Source of the DNA: an uncultured delta proteobacterium
GTDB lineage: Bacteria > Desulfobacterota > Binatia > HRBIN30 > BPIQ01
Assembly: GCA_963761335.1 (NCBI GenBank)
Contig: CAVXGR010000011.1
Span: 224,001 to 288,000, forward strand
Reading direction: 5' to 3'
Length of the DNA stretch: 64,000 nt
Part shown: positions 39,526-49,555 of the stretch, piece after piece
Layout of the letters: each line of letters opens with the position of its first letter
Numbering within the stretch: the stretch's first letter is position 1
Translations under genes and position numbers: made by a program
Notes under the pieces: generated by a model
Databases searched by the model: none
Told to the model about the DNA's origin: nothing
What the model saw: only the letters and a program-made list of their open reading frames with translations

Positions 39526-40635
39526 ATGCCCGACGACGCCGCCTACATGCGCGAGGCGCTGCGCCTGGGGCGCCGGGGCCTTGGGCGCGTCAGCCCCAAC
39601 CCGCCGGTTGGTGCCGTGGTGGTGCGCGGCGGCCGGATCGTCGGCCGCGGTTTCCACCGCCGGGCGGGCGGCCCGCACGCGGAGGTCGAAGCCCTGGGCC
39701 AGGCAGGAGCAGCGGCGCGCGGCGCCACGCTCTACGTCACGCTCGAGCCCTGCGCCCACTTCGGGCGGACGCCGCCGTGCACCGACGCCGTCCGCGCATC
39801 CGGCATCGCCCGCCTGGTCTTCGGCTGCCGCGACCCCAACCCACGCGTTGCCGGCGGCGGCGCCGGCAAGCTGGCGCGCGCCGGCCTGCAGGTGCAAGGG
39901 GGCGTCCTCGCCGCCGAGTGCGGCGAGCTGATCGGCGCCTTTCGCAAGGCGATCCTCACCGGGGTGCCCTGGGTGAGCCTCAAGCTGGCGGCCTCTCTGG
40001 ACGGACGCATCGCCACTGCGGACGGCGATTCGCGCTGGGTGACCGGCGAGGCGGCGAGGCGTCTGACGCACCGCTGGCGCGACACGCACGACGCCGTGCT
40101 GGTGGGCGCCGAGACCGTGCGCCGCGACGATCCGGCACTCACCTGCCGTGTGCGCGGCGGTCGCGACCCGCTGCGCGTCGTGCTCGACGGCCGCCTGCGC
40201 CTGCCAGCGGACGCCCAGCTGCTTTCTCCGGCGGCTGCCGGCGGCACGGTGATCATCACCGGGCACTCCGCCCCGGAGGCGCGGGCGCGACGGCTGCGGC
40301 AGCGCGGCGCCACGGTGCTGCGGCTGGCCGACCGCGACGGCCGCGTCTCCATGCGCGCCGCGCTGCGCGCCCTCGCCCGCCGCGGCGTGAGCTCGGTGCT
40401 GGTCGAGGGTGGCGGCGAGGTCGCCGCCGCCACCCTGCGCGAGCGTCTCGTCGATCGCCTCTTCCTCTTCTACGCGCCCAAGCTGGTAGGCGCCGAGGGG
40501 CGGCCGATGGTCGGTCCTCTGCGGGTGACGCGCATGGCTGCGGCGCCGCGCCTCGAGGTTCTCGGCAGCCGCTGGATCGGCGGCGATCTCCTCATCGAGG
40601 CCCGGCCCTTTCCCGGCGCTTCTCAGCGCGTATAA
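39526..40635 (+). CDS. ribD: Riboflavin deaminase/reductase
   Basis: PNPPVG, HAE, TLEPCAHFGRTPPC, SLDGRIA and VEGG. Confidence 0.96.
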   Translation: MPDDAAYMREALRLGRRGLGRVSPNPPVGAVVVRGGRIVGRGFHRRAGGPHAEVEALGQAGAAARGATLYVTLEPCAHFGRTPPCTDAVRASGIARLVFGCRDPNPRVAGGGAGKLARAGLQVQGGVLAAECGELIGAFRKAILTGVPWVSLKLAASLDGRIATADGDSRWVTGEAARRLTHRWRDTHDAVLVGAETVRRDDPALTCRVRGGRDPLRVVLDGRLRLPADAQLLSPAAAGGTVIITGHSAPEARARRLRQRGATVLRLADRDGRVSMRAALRALARRGVSSVLVEGGGEVAAATLRERLVDRLFLFYAPKLVGAEGRPMVGPLRVTRMAAAPRLEVLGSRWIGGDLLIEARPFPGASQRV

Positions 40636-40643
40636 TCCCGCCC

Positions 40644-41852
40644 ATGGACGATCACTCGATCGGGCGGGCGCTCGAGCAGGCCCGCCGCGGCAAGCAGGTC
40701 ATCCTCGTCGACTCCGAGAGCGGCGAGGCGGCCCTGTCGCTGGCCGCGGAGAAGGTCACGCCCACGTCCATCAACTTCATGGCGACCCACGGGCGAGGCC
40801 TCGTCTGCCTGGCACTTCCCCCCGAGCGCATGCGCCAGCTGGGAATCCCTCTGATGGTCCCCGAAGGCTCCATGGGCCGGCGTCCCTTCGGCGCCTCCAT
40901 CGAAGCGCGCCGCGGCGTCACCACCGGCATCTCGGCCGCCGACCGGGCGAAGACCATCCGCGTCACCGTGGCGCCCAAGGCCGGTCCCGACGACATCGTC
41001 ATGCCGGGTCACGTCTTCCCCATCCAGGTGCGCGACGGGGGCGTGCTGGTGCGTTCCGGTCTGCCGGAGGCCGCGGTCGATCTGGCCCGCCTGGCAGGCC
41101 TGCAGCCCGGCGCCGCCATCTGCACCATTCTGCGGGACGACGGCGAGCTGGCGCGCGGCGAAGACGTCACCGCTCTCGCCGGCCGCCTGCACCTGGAGAT
41201 CGTCGCCGTCGCCGATCTGGTGGCCCACAGGCTGCGCCACGAGTCGCTGGTGCGGCGCGTGACCGAGGCCTCGATTCAGTCGGAGTACGGCGGCCGCTTC
41301 CACGCCGTGGTCTACCGCAGCGCCGTCGACCCCCACGAGCACATCGCCCTGGTGAAGGGACGCCTTCGCCCCGGCACCCCCGTCCTGGCGCGCGTGCACT
41401 CCCAGTGCCTCACCGGCGACGTCCTCGGCTCGGGCCGCTGCGACTGCGGCGATCAGCTGCGCTACGCCATGCGCCAGATCGAGCGCGAGAAGCGCGGCGT
41501 CATCGTCTACATGCACCAGGAGGGACGCGGCATCGGGCTCGCCAACAAGCTGCGCGCCTATGCCCTGCAGGACCAGGGGCGCGACACCGTGGAGGCCAAT
41601 CTCGAGCTCGGCTTCAAGGAGGACGAGCGCGACTACGGGCTGGCGGCGCAGATGCTGCGCGATCTCGGGGTGCTCTCGGTTCGCCTGATGACCAACAATC
41701 AACACAAGATCGCCCGCCTGGAGACCTACGGCATCGAGGTGGTCGACCGGGTGCCCATCGAGGTCGAGCCGCACGCCGGCAATCTCCGCTACCTGCAGAC
41801 CAAGAAGGAGAAGATGGGGCACCTGTTCTCGGGTATTCCGCTGCGCAGCTGA
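40644..41852 (+). CDS. ribBA: RibBA fusion: GTP cyclohydrolase II with degenerate DHBP synthase domain
   Basis: RibA motifs RVHSQCLTGD..RCDC and EGRGIG intact; RibB-like N-domain (TTGISAADR, PGHVFP) lacks RENEGD and GHTE. Confidence 0.88.
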   Translation: MDDHSIGRALEQARRGKQVILVDSESGEAALSLAAEKVTPTSINFMATHGRGLVCLALPPERMRQLGIPLMVPEGSMGRRPFGASIEARRGVTTGISAADRAKTIRVTVAPKAGPDDIVMPGHVFPIQVRDGGVLVRSGLPEAAVDLARLAGLQPGAAICTILRDDGELARGEDVTALAGRLHLEIVAVADLVAHRLRHESLVRRVTEASIQSEYGGRFHAVVYRSAVDPHEHIALVKGRLRPGTPVLARVHSQCLTGDVLGSGRCDCGDQLRYAMRQIEREKRGVIVYMHQEGRGIGLANKLRAYALQDQGRDTVEANLELGFKEDERDYGLAAQMLRDLGVLSVRLMTNNQHKIARLETYGIEVVDRVPIEVEPHAGNLRYLQTKKEKMGHLFSGIPLRS

Positions 41853-42331
41853 TGATCGAGTTCGAAGGCAAGCTGCAGGCGGCGGGGCTGCGCTTCGGCG
41901 TGATCGCGGCGCGCTTCAACGCCCTGGTGACCGACCGTCTGCTCGAGGGCGCCCTCGCGGCCCTGCGGCAGCACGGGGCGGCGGACGACGACATCGAGGT
42001 GATGCGGGTGCCGGGCTCGTTCGAGATCCCGCTCTTCGCCCGGCTGCTCGCCGAGACCGGGCGCATCGACGCCGTCGTCTGTCTGGGGGCGATCATCAAG
42101 GGAGAGACGCCCCACTACGACTACATCTCGCACGCCACCATCGGCGCTCTCGGCGACATCATGCTGCGATACGACGTCCCCGTGGCCCTCGGCATCCTCA
42201 CCACCGACAACGTCGAGCAGGCGCTCGAGCGCGCCGATGCGGCGCGCGGCAACAAGGGCTTCGAGGCGGCGGCGACCGCCATCGAGATGGCCTCGCTGCG
42301 CCGCGCGGTGGCGGCGCGGTACCGGAAATAG
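41852..42331 (+). CDS. ribH: Lumazine synthase
   Basis: ARFN, VPGSFEIP, IKGETPHYDYI and NKGFEAA. Confidence 0.95.
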   Translation: MIEFEGKLQAAGLRFGVIAARFNALVTDRLLEGALAALRQHGAADDDIEVMRVPGSFEIPLFARLLAETGRIDAVVCLGAIIKGETPHYDYISHATIGALGDIMLRYDVPVALGILTTDNVEQALERADAARGNKGFEAAATAIEMASLRRAVAARYRK

Positions 42332-42339
42332 GCGGTCCC

Positions 42340-42804
42340 GTGGGCTACCGCCGCAAAGGGCGCGAGCTGGCGCTGCAGGCGCTCTACCAGCTCGAGGTCA
42401 CCGGAGAGCAATCGCCGGCGACCATCCAGGCGTTCCTCCGCCACTTCGAGGCCGCCGAGCAGGCGACCGCCTTCGCCCAGTCGCTGCTGCTCGGCGTGCT
42501 CGAGCGCCGCGAGGAGATCGATCGCCTGATCGGCGAGGCCTCGCAGCACTGGCGCGTCGAGCGCCTCTCCAAGATCGACCTCAACGTGCTGCGCATGGCC
42601 ACCTACGAGCTGATGGCCACGCCCGAGGTGCCGGTGAACGTGGTCCTCGACGAGGCGATCGAGATTGCCCGGCGCTTCGGCAGCGGCGAGTCGGCGGTGT
42701 TCGTCAACGGCGTGCTCGATGCCATTGCCGAGCGCCTCGGCGCCAAGCAACGCCCGGAGAACGCGGAACGAGATGGAAGAACGGTACCAACCCGAGACGA
42801 TTGA
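42340..42804 (+). CDS. nusB: Transcription antitermination factor NusB
   Basis: RRKGRELALQALYQ, DEAIEIARRFG and FVNGVLD. Confidence 0.96.
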   Translation: MGYRRKGRELALQALYQLEVTGEQSPATIQAFLRHFEAAEQATAFAQSLLLGVLERREEIDRLIGEASQHWRVERLSKIDLNVLRMATYELMATPEVPVNVVLDEAIEIARRFGSGESAVFVNGVLDAIAERLGAKQRPENAERDGRTVPTRDD

Positions 42805-45196
42805 GGCGAAGTGGCAGCGGCGCTGGGAGGAGCGCGGCACCGACCGCGTCGACCTCGACGGCGCCGCGCGCCCCTACTACGCCCTCATGATGTTTCCCTA
42901 CCCCTCGGCGGAAGGGCTCCACGTCGGCCACGCCTTCGCCTTCCCGGGCGTCGACATCCACGCCCGCTTCCGCCGCCTGCAGGGCTACGACGTCTTCGAG
43001 CCGATCGGCTTCGACGCCTTCGGCATCCACTCGGAGAACTACGCGCTGCGCGTCGGCAAGAACCCGAAGCAGCTGATCCCCGAGACCATCGCCAACTTCC
43101 GCCGCCAGCTGCGCCGGCTCGGCTTGATGGTCAGCTGGGACCAGGCTGTCGATACCACCTCCCCGGACTACTACCGCTGGACCCAGTGGATCTTCCTGCA
43201 GCTCTACAAGCACGGGCTGGCGGAGAGAAAGAAGGCGCCGGTCAACTGGTGCCCCGCCTGCAAGACCGTGCTCGCCAACGAGCAGGTGATCGACGGCCGC
43301 TGCGAGCGCCACCCGGACACCCAGGTCGAGCAGCGCCTCACCGAGCAGTGGTTCTTCAAGATCACCCGCTACGCGCCGCGCCTGCTCGACAACCTCTCCT
43401 GGATCGACTGGTCGGAGACCACCAAGCGCGCCCAGGAGAACTGGATCGGCCGCTCCGAAGGCGCCGAGATCGACTTCCCCCTCGCCGCCGACAGCGGCCG
43501 CTCCATCCGTGTCTTCACCACCCGCCCCGACACCGTCTTCGGCGCCACCTACATGGTGCTGGCGCCCGAGCATCCGCTGGTGCAGGAGATCGCCACCGAC
43601 GCGCAGCGCGACGCGGTGCGGGAGTACCAGCAGCGGACGGCGCGCATGGACGTGGTGACGCGGCGCACGGTGAAGGACAAGACCGGCGTCTTCACCGGCG
43701 CCTGCGCCATCAATCCCGCCACCGAGCAGCCGATTCCCATCTGGATCGCCGACTACGTGCTGGTCGAGTACGGCACCGGCGCCATCATGGCGGTGCCGGC
43801 GCACGACGAGCGCGATTTCGAGTTCGCCAGGGTCTTCTCCCTGCCGATCGTGCAGGTGATCTGCCCTGCGGACGGCGAGCTCACCGCGCCGCTGGACGCG
43901 GCCTACGTGCAAGACAGCGACACCGACGTGCTGGTCAACTCCGGGCCGTTCTCCGGCCGTCCGGCGCCGGAGGCGAAGACGGCGATCACGGAATGGCTCG
44001 AGCGGGCCGGGCGCGGCCACGCCCGCGTCGAGTACCGCTTGCACGACTGGTGCATCTCGCGGCAGCGCTACTGGGGACCACCGATCCCGATCATTTACTG
44101 CGCGCGCTGCGGAGCCGTGCCGGTGCCGGAGAGCGATCTGCCGGTGCTGCTTCCGGACATCGACGACTTTCGCCCCGACGAGAGCGGCGTGGCGCCGCTC
44201 GGCCGGGTGCCGTCTTTCCTGCACGCACTCTGCCCTTCCTGCGGTGGTCCGGGCCGGCGCGAGACCGACGTCTCCGACACCTTCCTCGACTCCGCGTGGT
44301 ACTTCCTGCGCTACCCCTCGGCGCACAGCGACGACGTCGCCTTCGATCCCCAGCGCACCCGCAAGTGGCTGCCGGTCGACACCTACATCGGCGGCAACGA
44401 GCACGCCGTCCTGCACCTGATGTACTCGCGCTTTCTCACCATGGCCCTGCACGAGCTCGGCCTGCTGCCCTTCGAGGAGCCGTTCAAGAAGTTCCGCGCC
44501 CACGGGCTGATCATCAAGGACGGCGCCAAGATGTCGAAGTCGCGCGGCAACGTCGTCAATCCCGACCTCTACCTCGACCAGCACGGCGCCGACATCTTCC
44601 GCCTCTACATGATGTTCCTCGGCCCCTACGAGGAGGGGGGCGATTTCCGCGACGAGGGAATCGCCGGCGTGCGCCGCTTCCTCGAGGGCGTGTGGCGGAT
44701 CGTGCGCGACGCGGCACTGGAGGGCAGCGCCGCGGAGGCGCTGCGGCGGGCGACGCACCGGGGCATCAAGAAGGTGACCGAGGACACCGAGGCGCTGCGC
44801 TACAACACCGCCATCGCCGCGCTGATGACCCTCACCAACGAGATTCGCCGTCACGGCCCCGCCGACCGCTGGGCGGCGGAGACACTGGTCGTGCTGCTGG
44901 CACCCTTCGCCCCGCACGTCTGCGAGGAGCTGTGGGAAGGGCTCGGCCACGCCCGCAGCGTCTTCGAGGCACGTTGGCCGGAGTACGACCCGGCGGCGCT
45001 CCTCGAGGACACGGTGGAGATCGCCGTTCAGGTGAACGGCAAGGTGCGCGGCCGCGTCGTCGTGGCGCGCTCGGCGAGCGAGGAGGAGGTGCTCTCCGCG
45101 GCTCTGGGCGAGAGCGGCGTGCAGAGCCACATCGCCGGCAAGCCGCTGCGCCGCAAGGTGGTGGTCCCGGGCAAGCTGGTGAGCCTGGTCGTCTGA
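42773..45196 (+). CDS. leuS: Leucine--tRNA ligase
   Basis: MFPYPS..LHVGH, FTTRPDT, SRQRYWG, KMSKS and VQVNGKVR. Confidence 0.97.
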   Translation: MEERYQPETIEAKWQRRWEERGTDRVDLDGAARPYYALMMFPYPSAEGLHVGHAFAFPGVDIHARFRRLQGYDVFEPIGFDAFGIHSENYALRVGKNPKQLIPETIANFRRQLRRLGLMVSWDQAVDTTSPDYYRWTQWIFLQLYKHGLAERKKAPVNWCPACKTVLANEQVIDGRCERHPDTQVEQRLTEQWFFKITRYAPRLLDNLSWIDWSETTKRAQENWIGRSEGAEIDFPLAADSGRSIRVFTTRPDTVFGATYMVLAPEHPLVQEIATDAQRDAVREYQQRTARMDVVTRRTVKDKTGVFTGACAINPATEQPIPIWIADYVLVEYGTGAIMAVPAHDERDFEFARVFSLPIVQVICPADGELTAPLDAAYVQDSDTDVLVNSGPFSGRPAPEAKTAITEWLERAGRGHARVEYRLHDWCISRQRYWGPPIPIIYCARCGAVPVPESDLPVLLPDIDDFRPDESGVAPLGRVPSFLHALCPSCGGPGRRETDVSDTFLDSAWYFLRYPSAHSDDVAFDPQRTRKWLPVDTYIGGNEHAVLHLMYSRFLTMALHELGLLPFEEPFKKFRAHGLIIKDGAKMSKSRGNVVNPDLYLDQHGADIFRLYMMFLGPYEEGGDFRDEGIAGVRRFLEGVWRIVRDAALEGSAAEALRRATHRGIKKVTEDTEALRYNTAIAALMTLTNEIRRHGPADRWAAETLVVLLAPFAPHVCEELWEGLGHARSVFEARWPEYDPAALLEDTVEIAVQVNGKVRGRVVVARSASEEEVLSAALGESGVQSHIAGKPLRRKVVVPGKLVSLVV

Positions 45197-45795
45197 TGCG
45201 CCTCGCCCCATTTCTCGGCGGCGTGGCGCTCTGCGCGGCGCTGCTCGCCGCCGGCTGCGGCTATCAGCTGAGCGGCTACTCCGAGACCCTGCCCGGCGGC
45301 GTGCGCAGCCTCAGCATCGGGCCGATCGACAACCGCACCCGCACCTTCGGACTGGAGAAGACCCTCGCCTTCGCCCTCGAGCGCGAGGTGGTTCGCCGCG
45401 GCAAGCTGCGGCTGGTGGAAACCCCGGGCAGCGGCGACGCGGTGCTGCGCGGTACCATCCGCGACTTCAACGTCAGCCCGGTATCCTTCGACACCCAGGA
45501 CGAGGCGCTTCAGTACCAGGTGGCGATGGTGGTCGACCTGAGCCTGCGGCGCAACAGCGACGGCGCCACGCTCTGGCAGACCTCCGGTCTGCTCGGCAGC
45601 GAGGAGTACAGCGCCACGGCGCGGGTGGTAGTCACCAGCTCCTCGCAGTTCCAGCGCGACACCACCCTGGAGCCGCGGGATCTGAACCTGTTCACCGACA
45701 CCCAGCTCGCCGAGTCGACCAAGCGGCAGGCGGTGGAGCGTCTGGTGCAGAACCTGGCGCGCGACGCCTACGCGCTGATGTCGGAAGACTTCTGA
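45196..45795 (+). CDS. lptE: LPS assembly lipoprotein LptE-like
   Basis: Lipobox AAGCGYQL; canonical position after leuS. Confidence 0.78.
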   Translation: MRLAPFLGGVALCAALLAAGCGYQLSGYSETLPGGVRSLSIGPIDNRTRTFGLEKTLAFALEREVVRRGKLRLVETPGSGDAVLRGTIRDFNVSPVSFDTQDEALQYQVAMVVDLSLRRNSDGATLWQTSGLLGSEEYSATARVVVTSSSQFQRDTTLEPRDLNLFTDTQLAESTKRQAVERLVQNLARDAYALMSEDF

Positions 45796-45805
45796 GCGAC
45801 GGGCG

Positions 45806-46090
45806 TCAGCCCGCCGCCTCGGCGGCGCCGATCTTGTCGACGTGCCGGCTCAGGCGGGAGATGTAGCGGGAGGCGGTGTTGCGGGCGACGACGCCCTTGC
45901 TGGCCGCCTTGCTGATGATCTTCATCGCCTTGCGCAGCTCCTCGGTGGCGGCGCCCTTGTCGTTGCTGGCGATGGCCTCGCGCACTTTGCGGATCTCGTG
46001 CCGCATCTCGGTGCGAACCGATTGATTGCGGGCGCGCCGCTTCAAGCTCTGGCGATGGCGCTTTACTGCCGACCGATGACGTTGAGCCAA
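45806..46090 (-). CDS. rpsT: 30S ribosomal protein S20
   Basis: SAVKRHRQS..RRARN and KAASKGVV..NTASRYISRL; TTG start with AGGAGG RBS. Confidence 0.93.
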   Translation of the reverse strand: MAQRHRSAVKRHRQSLKRRARNQSVRTEMRHEIRKVREAIASNDKGAATEELRKAMKIISKAASKGVVARNTASRYISRLSRHVDKIGAAEAAG

Positions 46091-46146
46091 GATAGTCCTC
46101 CTGAAAGAGAGCAGGGTTACCACAGGGGGTTGGATGGGTCAACGTC

Positions 46147-46452
46147 CGGTGGCTCGGTGGCTCGGTTCCTCGGTGGCAGGTCGCGCCGCGGAGCGGCGCC
46201 GGCACGGTTCACCCCCTTCAATCCCCGGCTATGCGCCGGCATATGCGGCGTGGGCATGATTCCCGCCCCCGCCGGGACGCGGCGTCACCGTCCCAGCTGA
46301 CGCGGCGGGACGCCGCGTCTACACGGCGGATGGTGCATCACGAGGCGCGTCGACAGCGAGCCAATTCTGAGATAGGGGCGGCGCTCGAACCGAGCCACCG
46401 AGCCACCGAGCCACCGAGCCACCGAGCCACCGAGCCCGATAACCCGATAACC
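46147..46452. repeat. Family-F octamer arrays in inverted orientation enclosing a GTAG hairpin
   Basis: (CGGTGGCT)x~4 at 46147-46176, (ACCGAGCC)x6 at 46389-46436, and GACGCGGCGGGACGCCGCGTCTAC at 46299-46322. Confidence 0.85.
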
Positions 46453-46457
46453 GTCGT

Positions 46458-48089
46458 ATGAGCGAGAACCGACAGATTGCGCGCGCCGCCGGGCTGGTCG
46501 GCTTCCTGACTCTCTTCAGCCGCATCGCCGGGCTCACCCGCGACGCGGTGATCGGCTACTACTTCGGCAGCGGTATGGCGGCGGATGCCTTCTTCGTCGC
46601 CTTCCGCGTCCCCAACCTGCTGCGCCGCTTCGTGGCCGAGGGGGCGATGTCGGTGGCCTTCATTCCCGTGTTCAGCGAGTATCTGACGCGGCGCACGCGC
46701 CAGGAGGCGCTCGAGGCGGCGCGCGCCGTGGCCACGGGCTTCGCCACCGTGCTCGCCATTCTCACCGCGCTCGGCATCATCTTCGCGCCCCTGTGGACGC
46801 GGCTCTTTGCTCCCGGATTCGTCTCCGAGCCCGGCAAGCTGGAGCTGACGATCAGCCTCACCCGCTGGGTGTTCCCCTACATCTTCTGCGTCAGCCTGGT
46901 GGCGCTGATGAGTGGCATCCTCAACTCGGTGCGGCACTTCGCCGCTCCGGCGCTGTCGCCGGTGATTCTCAACGTCTGCATCATCGCCGCCGCGGTGTTT
47001 CTCACCGATCGCGTCGACCCACCGATCTACGCGGTCGCTTACGGAGTGCTGGCCGGCGGCGTCCTGCAGGTGATCCTGCAGATCCCGCCGCTGGTGTCGC
47101 GCGGCTTCACGTTGTGGCCACGCTGGCAACCGCGGCACGAGGCCAACGTGCGCATCCTGCGTCTCATGGGGCCGATGGTGTTCGGCGCCGCCGTCTACCA
47201 GATCAACCTCATGTTCGACACCATTCTCGCCTCGGTTCTGCCGAACGGCTCGGTGTCGTACCTGTGGTACGCCGGTCGTGTCTTCGAGTTCCCGCTCGGC
47301 ATCGTCGCCGTGGCGCTGGGCACGGCGGCCCTGCCCAGCTTCTCCGCCCAGGCGGCGCGCGGCGCCTACGAGGAGCTGGCAGAGAGCATTCTCTTCTCGA
47401 TGCGGCTCACCAGCTTCATCGCCATCCCCGCCGGCGTCGGCATCGGCCTGCTGGCGCAGCCGATCACCGCGGTGCTCTTCGAGCGCGGCGCCTTCAGCTA
47501 CGCCGAGGCGCAGCTCACCGCGGCGGCGCTGATGGCCTTCGCGGGCGGGCTCTGGTCGGTGTCGATGGTGCGGGTGCTGGTGCCGGCGTTCTACGCCATG
47601 CAGGACACGCGCACTCCGGTAACCACCGCCGCCGCCGCCTTCGTCGCCAACATCGCCTGCAGCCTGATGCTCATGGGGCCGATCGCGGCCAGCGGCGACT
47701 CCGCCGTCGAGTCGGGGATTGCCGCGCTCACCCAGCACCTCGCCGTCGCCGATCTGCGACACGTCGGCCTGGCCGTGGCGACCTCGGTCTCGGCGACGGT
47801 CAACTTCGTGCTCCTCGGCGCGATGCTGCGCCGCCGCGTGCCTTCCCTGCAATTCTCCTCCCTCGTCCCGGCACTGCTCCGCAACATCGCCGCCTCCGGG
47901 GTCATGGCCGCCGTGATCATCGCCGTCGCCGGCACGGTGACCTGGGAGCACGCCTCGTTTCCGCTTCGCGTCATCGGCCTCACCGCCGCCGTCGGCTCCG
48001 GCCTGATCACCTATCTCGGCATCTCCTGGGCCGCCGGCAGCGAAGAGATCGCCTCCGTGCGGCGGGCGATTCTGCGGCGGCGGTCGTAG
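46458..48089 (+). CDS. murJ: Lipid II flippase
   Basis: SRIAGLTRD, DAFFVAFRVPNLLRRFVAEGA, EFPLG and FYAMQDTRTP. Confidence 0.96.
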   Translation: MSENRQIARAAGLVGFLTLFSRIAGLTRDAVIGYYFGSGMAADAFFVAFRVPNLLRRFVAEGAMSVAFIPVFSEYLTRRTRQEALEAARAVATGFATVLAILTALGIIFAPLWTRLFAPGFVSEPGKLELTISLTRWVFPYIFCVSLVALMSGILNSVRHFAAPALSPVILNVCIIAAAVFLTDRVDPPIYAVAYGVLAGGVLQVILQIPPLVSRGFTLWPRWQPRHEANVRILRLMGPMVFGAAVYQINLMFDTILASVLPNGSVSYLWYAGRVFEFPLGIVAVALGTAALPSFSAQAARGAYEELAESILFSMRLTSFIAIPAGVGIGLLAQPITAVLFERGAFSYAEAQLTAAALMAFAGGLWSVSMVRVLVPAFYAMQDTRTPVTTAAAAFVANIACSLMLMGPIAASGDSAVESGIAALTQHLAVADLRHVGLAVATSVSATVNFVLLGAMLRRRVPSLQFSSLVPALLRNIAASGVMAAVIIAVAGTVTWEHASFPLRVIGLTAAVGSGLITYLGISWAAGSEEIASVRRAILRRRS

Positions 48090-48099
48090 CTGCACGGTG

Positions 48100-48523
48100 A
48101 GTATCTCGGTGGCTCAGTTTCTCAGTGGCTCGGTGGAGGGTTCTCAGGTTGCGGCGTTTGGCGCGGTCCGATGCACGAGACAAACCCGAGAACCCGCCGA
48201 GCGGATAACCGCCCCACCGAGTCACCGAGATACTGAGACACCCCCCTGTCACGCCCGTTCAATTAGGGAAGACCCTCGGGCCGGGCGTGTGGATGAGACG
48301 GCTTTGCGGCTTGGCGCCTTTGCGTTCCTGCCCAGTCGTGGCACATCCCCTCGGAGCGCGCCTGTTCCTGGGTGCCGAGGGGGAAGAAGTAGGAGAATGT
48401 AAAATGAAAAACCGGTGACCGGTGATGGAGAACCGGCTGACCGGAATCCAGGGTCTCGAAGAGGGTGTATACGGTAACCCGACAACCACCCGCCCACCGA
48501 GAGACCGAGCCACCGAGAAACCG
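48100..48523. repeat. Cluster of family-F octamer arrays and a family-E arm
   Basis: CTCGGTGG/CTCAGT units at ~48105-48136, ACCGAG/ACTGAG units at ~48215-48240 and ~48495-48520; ATGTAAAATGAAAAACCGGTGACCGG at ~48397. Confidence 0.7.
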
Positions 48524-48564
48524 GGCCGCTTGCGGCCTGCGGCGTTGTCGGTTACCACCCGGCC

Positions 48565-49347
48565 ATGACTGCGGGCGAAGCCTTCGAGGAGCTCACTCGC
48601 CTGATGGCGCGCCTGCGGGCCCCGGGGGGCTGCCCGTGGGACCGCGAGCAGACGCACGAGAGCATCAAGAAGTACCTCATCGAGGAGTGCTACGAGGTCG
48701 TCGAGGCAATCGATCAGAACGACATGGATGAGATGCGCGCCGAGCTCGGCGACCTGCTTCTCCAGGTCGTCTTCCACGCGCAGATGGCGCAGGAGGCCGG
48801 GCAGTTCGACATCGTCGAGGTGTCCCGCGGCATCACCGAAAAAATGCGCCGGCGCCATCCGCACGTCTTCGGCGACGTGCAGGTCAAGGACGCCGGCGAG
48901 GTGCTGCGCAACTGGTCGGCGATCAAGGCGGAGGAGCGCGCCGAGTCGGCGGACCGCTCGGCGCTCGCCGGGGTGCCGCGCGGCATGCCGGCACTGCTGC
49001 GCGCCCAGCGCCTCGGGGAGAAGGCCTCGCACACGGGCTTCGACTGGGAGCGGCCCGAGGAGGCCCTCGACAAGGTGCGCGAGGAGGTCGGGGAGATCGC
49101 CGCGGCACTCGCCGACGGCAAGCGCGCCGCCATCGAGGCAGAGATCGGCGACGCCCTGCTGGCGCTCAGCAGCGTCGCGCGGCTCGCCGGCGTCGACGCT
49201 GAGACCGCCCTCGCCCGCGCCGCTGATCGCTTCGGCGAGCGCTTCCGGCGCCTCGAAGCCTGGTTCGAGAGCCGCGGCCGGCAGATGCGCGAGGCGTCGC
49301 TCGAAGAGCAGGAGGCGGTGTGGCAGCGGGTGAAGGGGGGAGAGTAG
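48565..49347 (+). CDS. mazG: Nucleoside triphosphate pyrophosphohydrolase
   Basis: GCPWDREQT, EECYE, ELGDLL and RRHPHVF. Confidence 0.95.
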   Translation: MTAGEAFEELTRLMARLRAPGGCPWDREQTHESIKKYLIEECYEVVEAIDQNDMDEMRAELGDLLLQVVFHAQMAQEAGQFDIVEVSRGITEKMRRRHPHVFGDVQVKDAGEVLRNWSAIKAEERAESADRSALAGVPRGMPALLRAQRLGEKASHTGFDWERPEEALDKVREEVGEIAAALADGKRAAIEAEIGDALLALSSVARLAGVDAETALARAADRFGERFRRLEAWFESRGRQMREASLEEQEAVWQRVKGGE

Positions 49348-49351
49348 TTAT

Positions 49352-49445
49352 CGGGTTCCTCAGTGTCTCGGTGTCTCGGTTCCTCAGTGTCTCGGTAGCT
49401 CGGTAAAACCCAAGCGCTCGAGAACCCGAAAGCTCGGCAACTCGA
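49352..49445. repeat. Family-F octamer array
   Basis: CTCAGTGT CTCGGTGT CTCGGTTC CTCAGTGT CTCGGTAG CTCGGT. Confidence 0.75.
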
Positions 49446-49555
49446 TGACCCGACGACCTTGTCGTCCGTCCCCGGGCGGCCAGGCTGGCCGCGCCCCCAT
49501 CTTGCACCTGCCCCAGCCAGCGGTTAGCTTCGGCCGTTGGAGGCAACCCTCGGGG

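Noticed and set aside
46389..46436. Regular repeats as a possible CRISPR array
   Set aside because: 8-bp units with no unique spacers, and no cas genes in the window.
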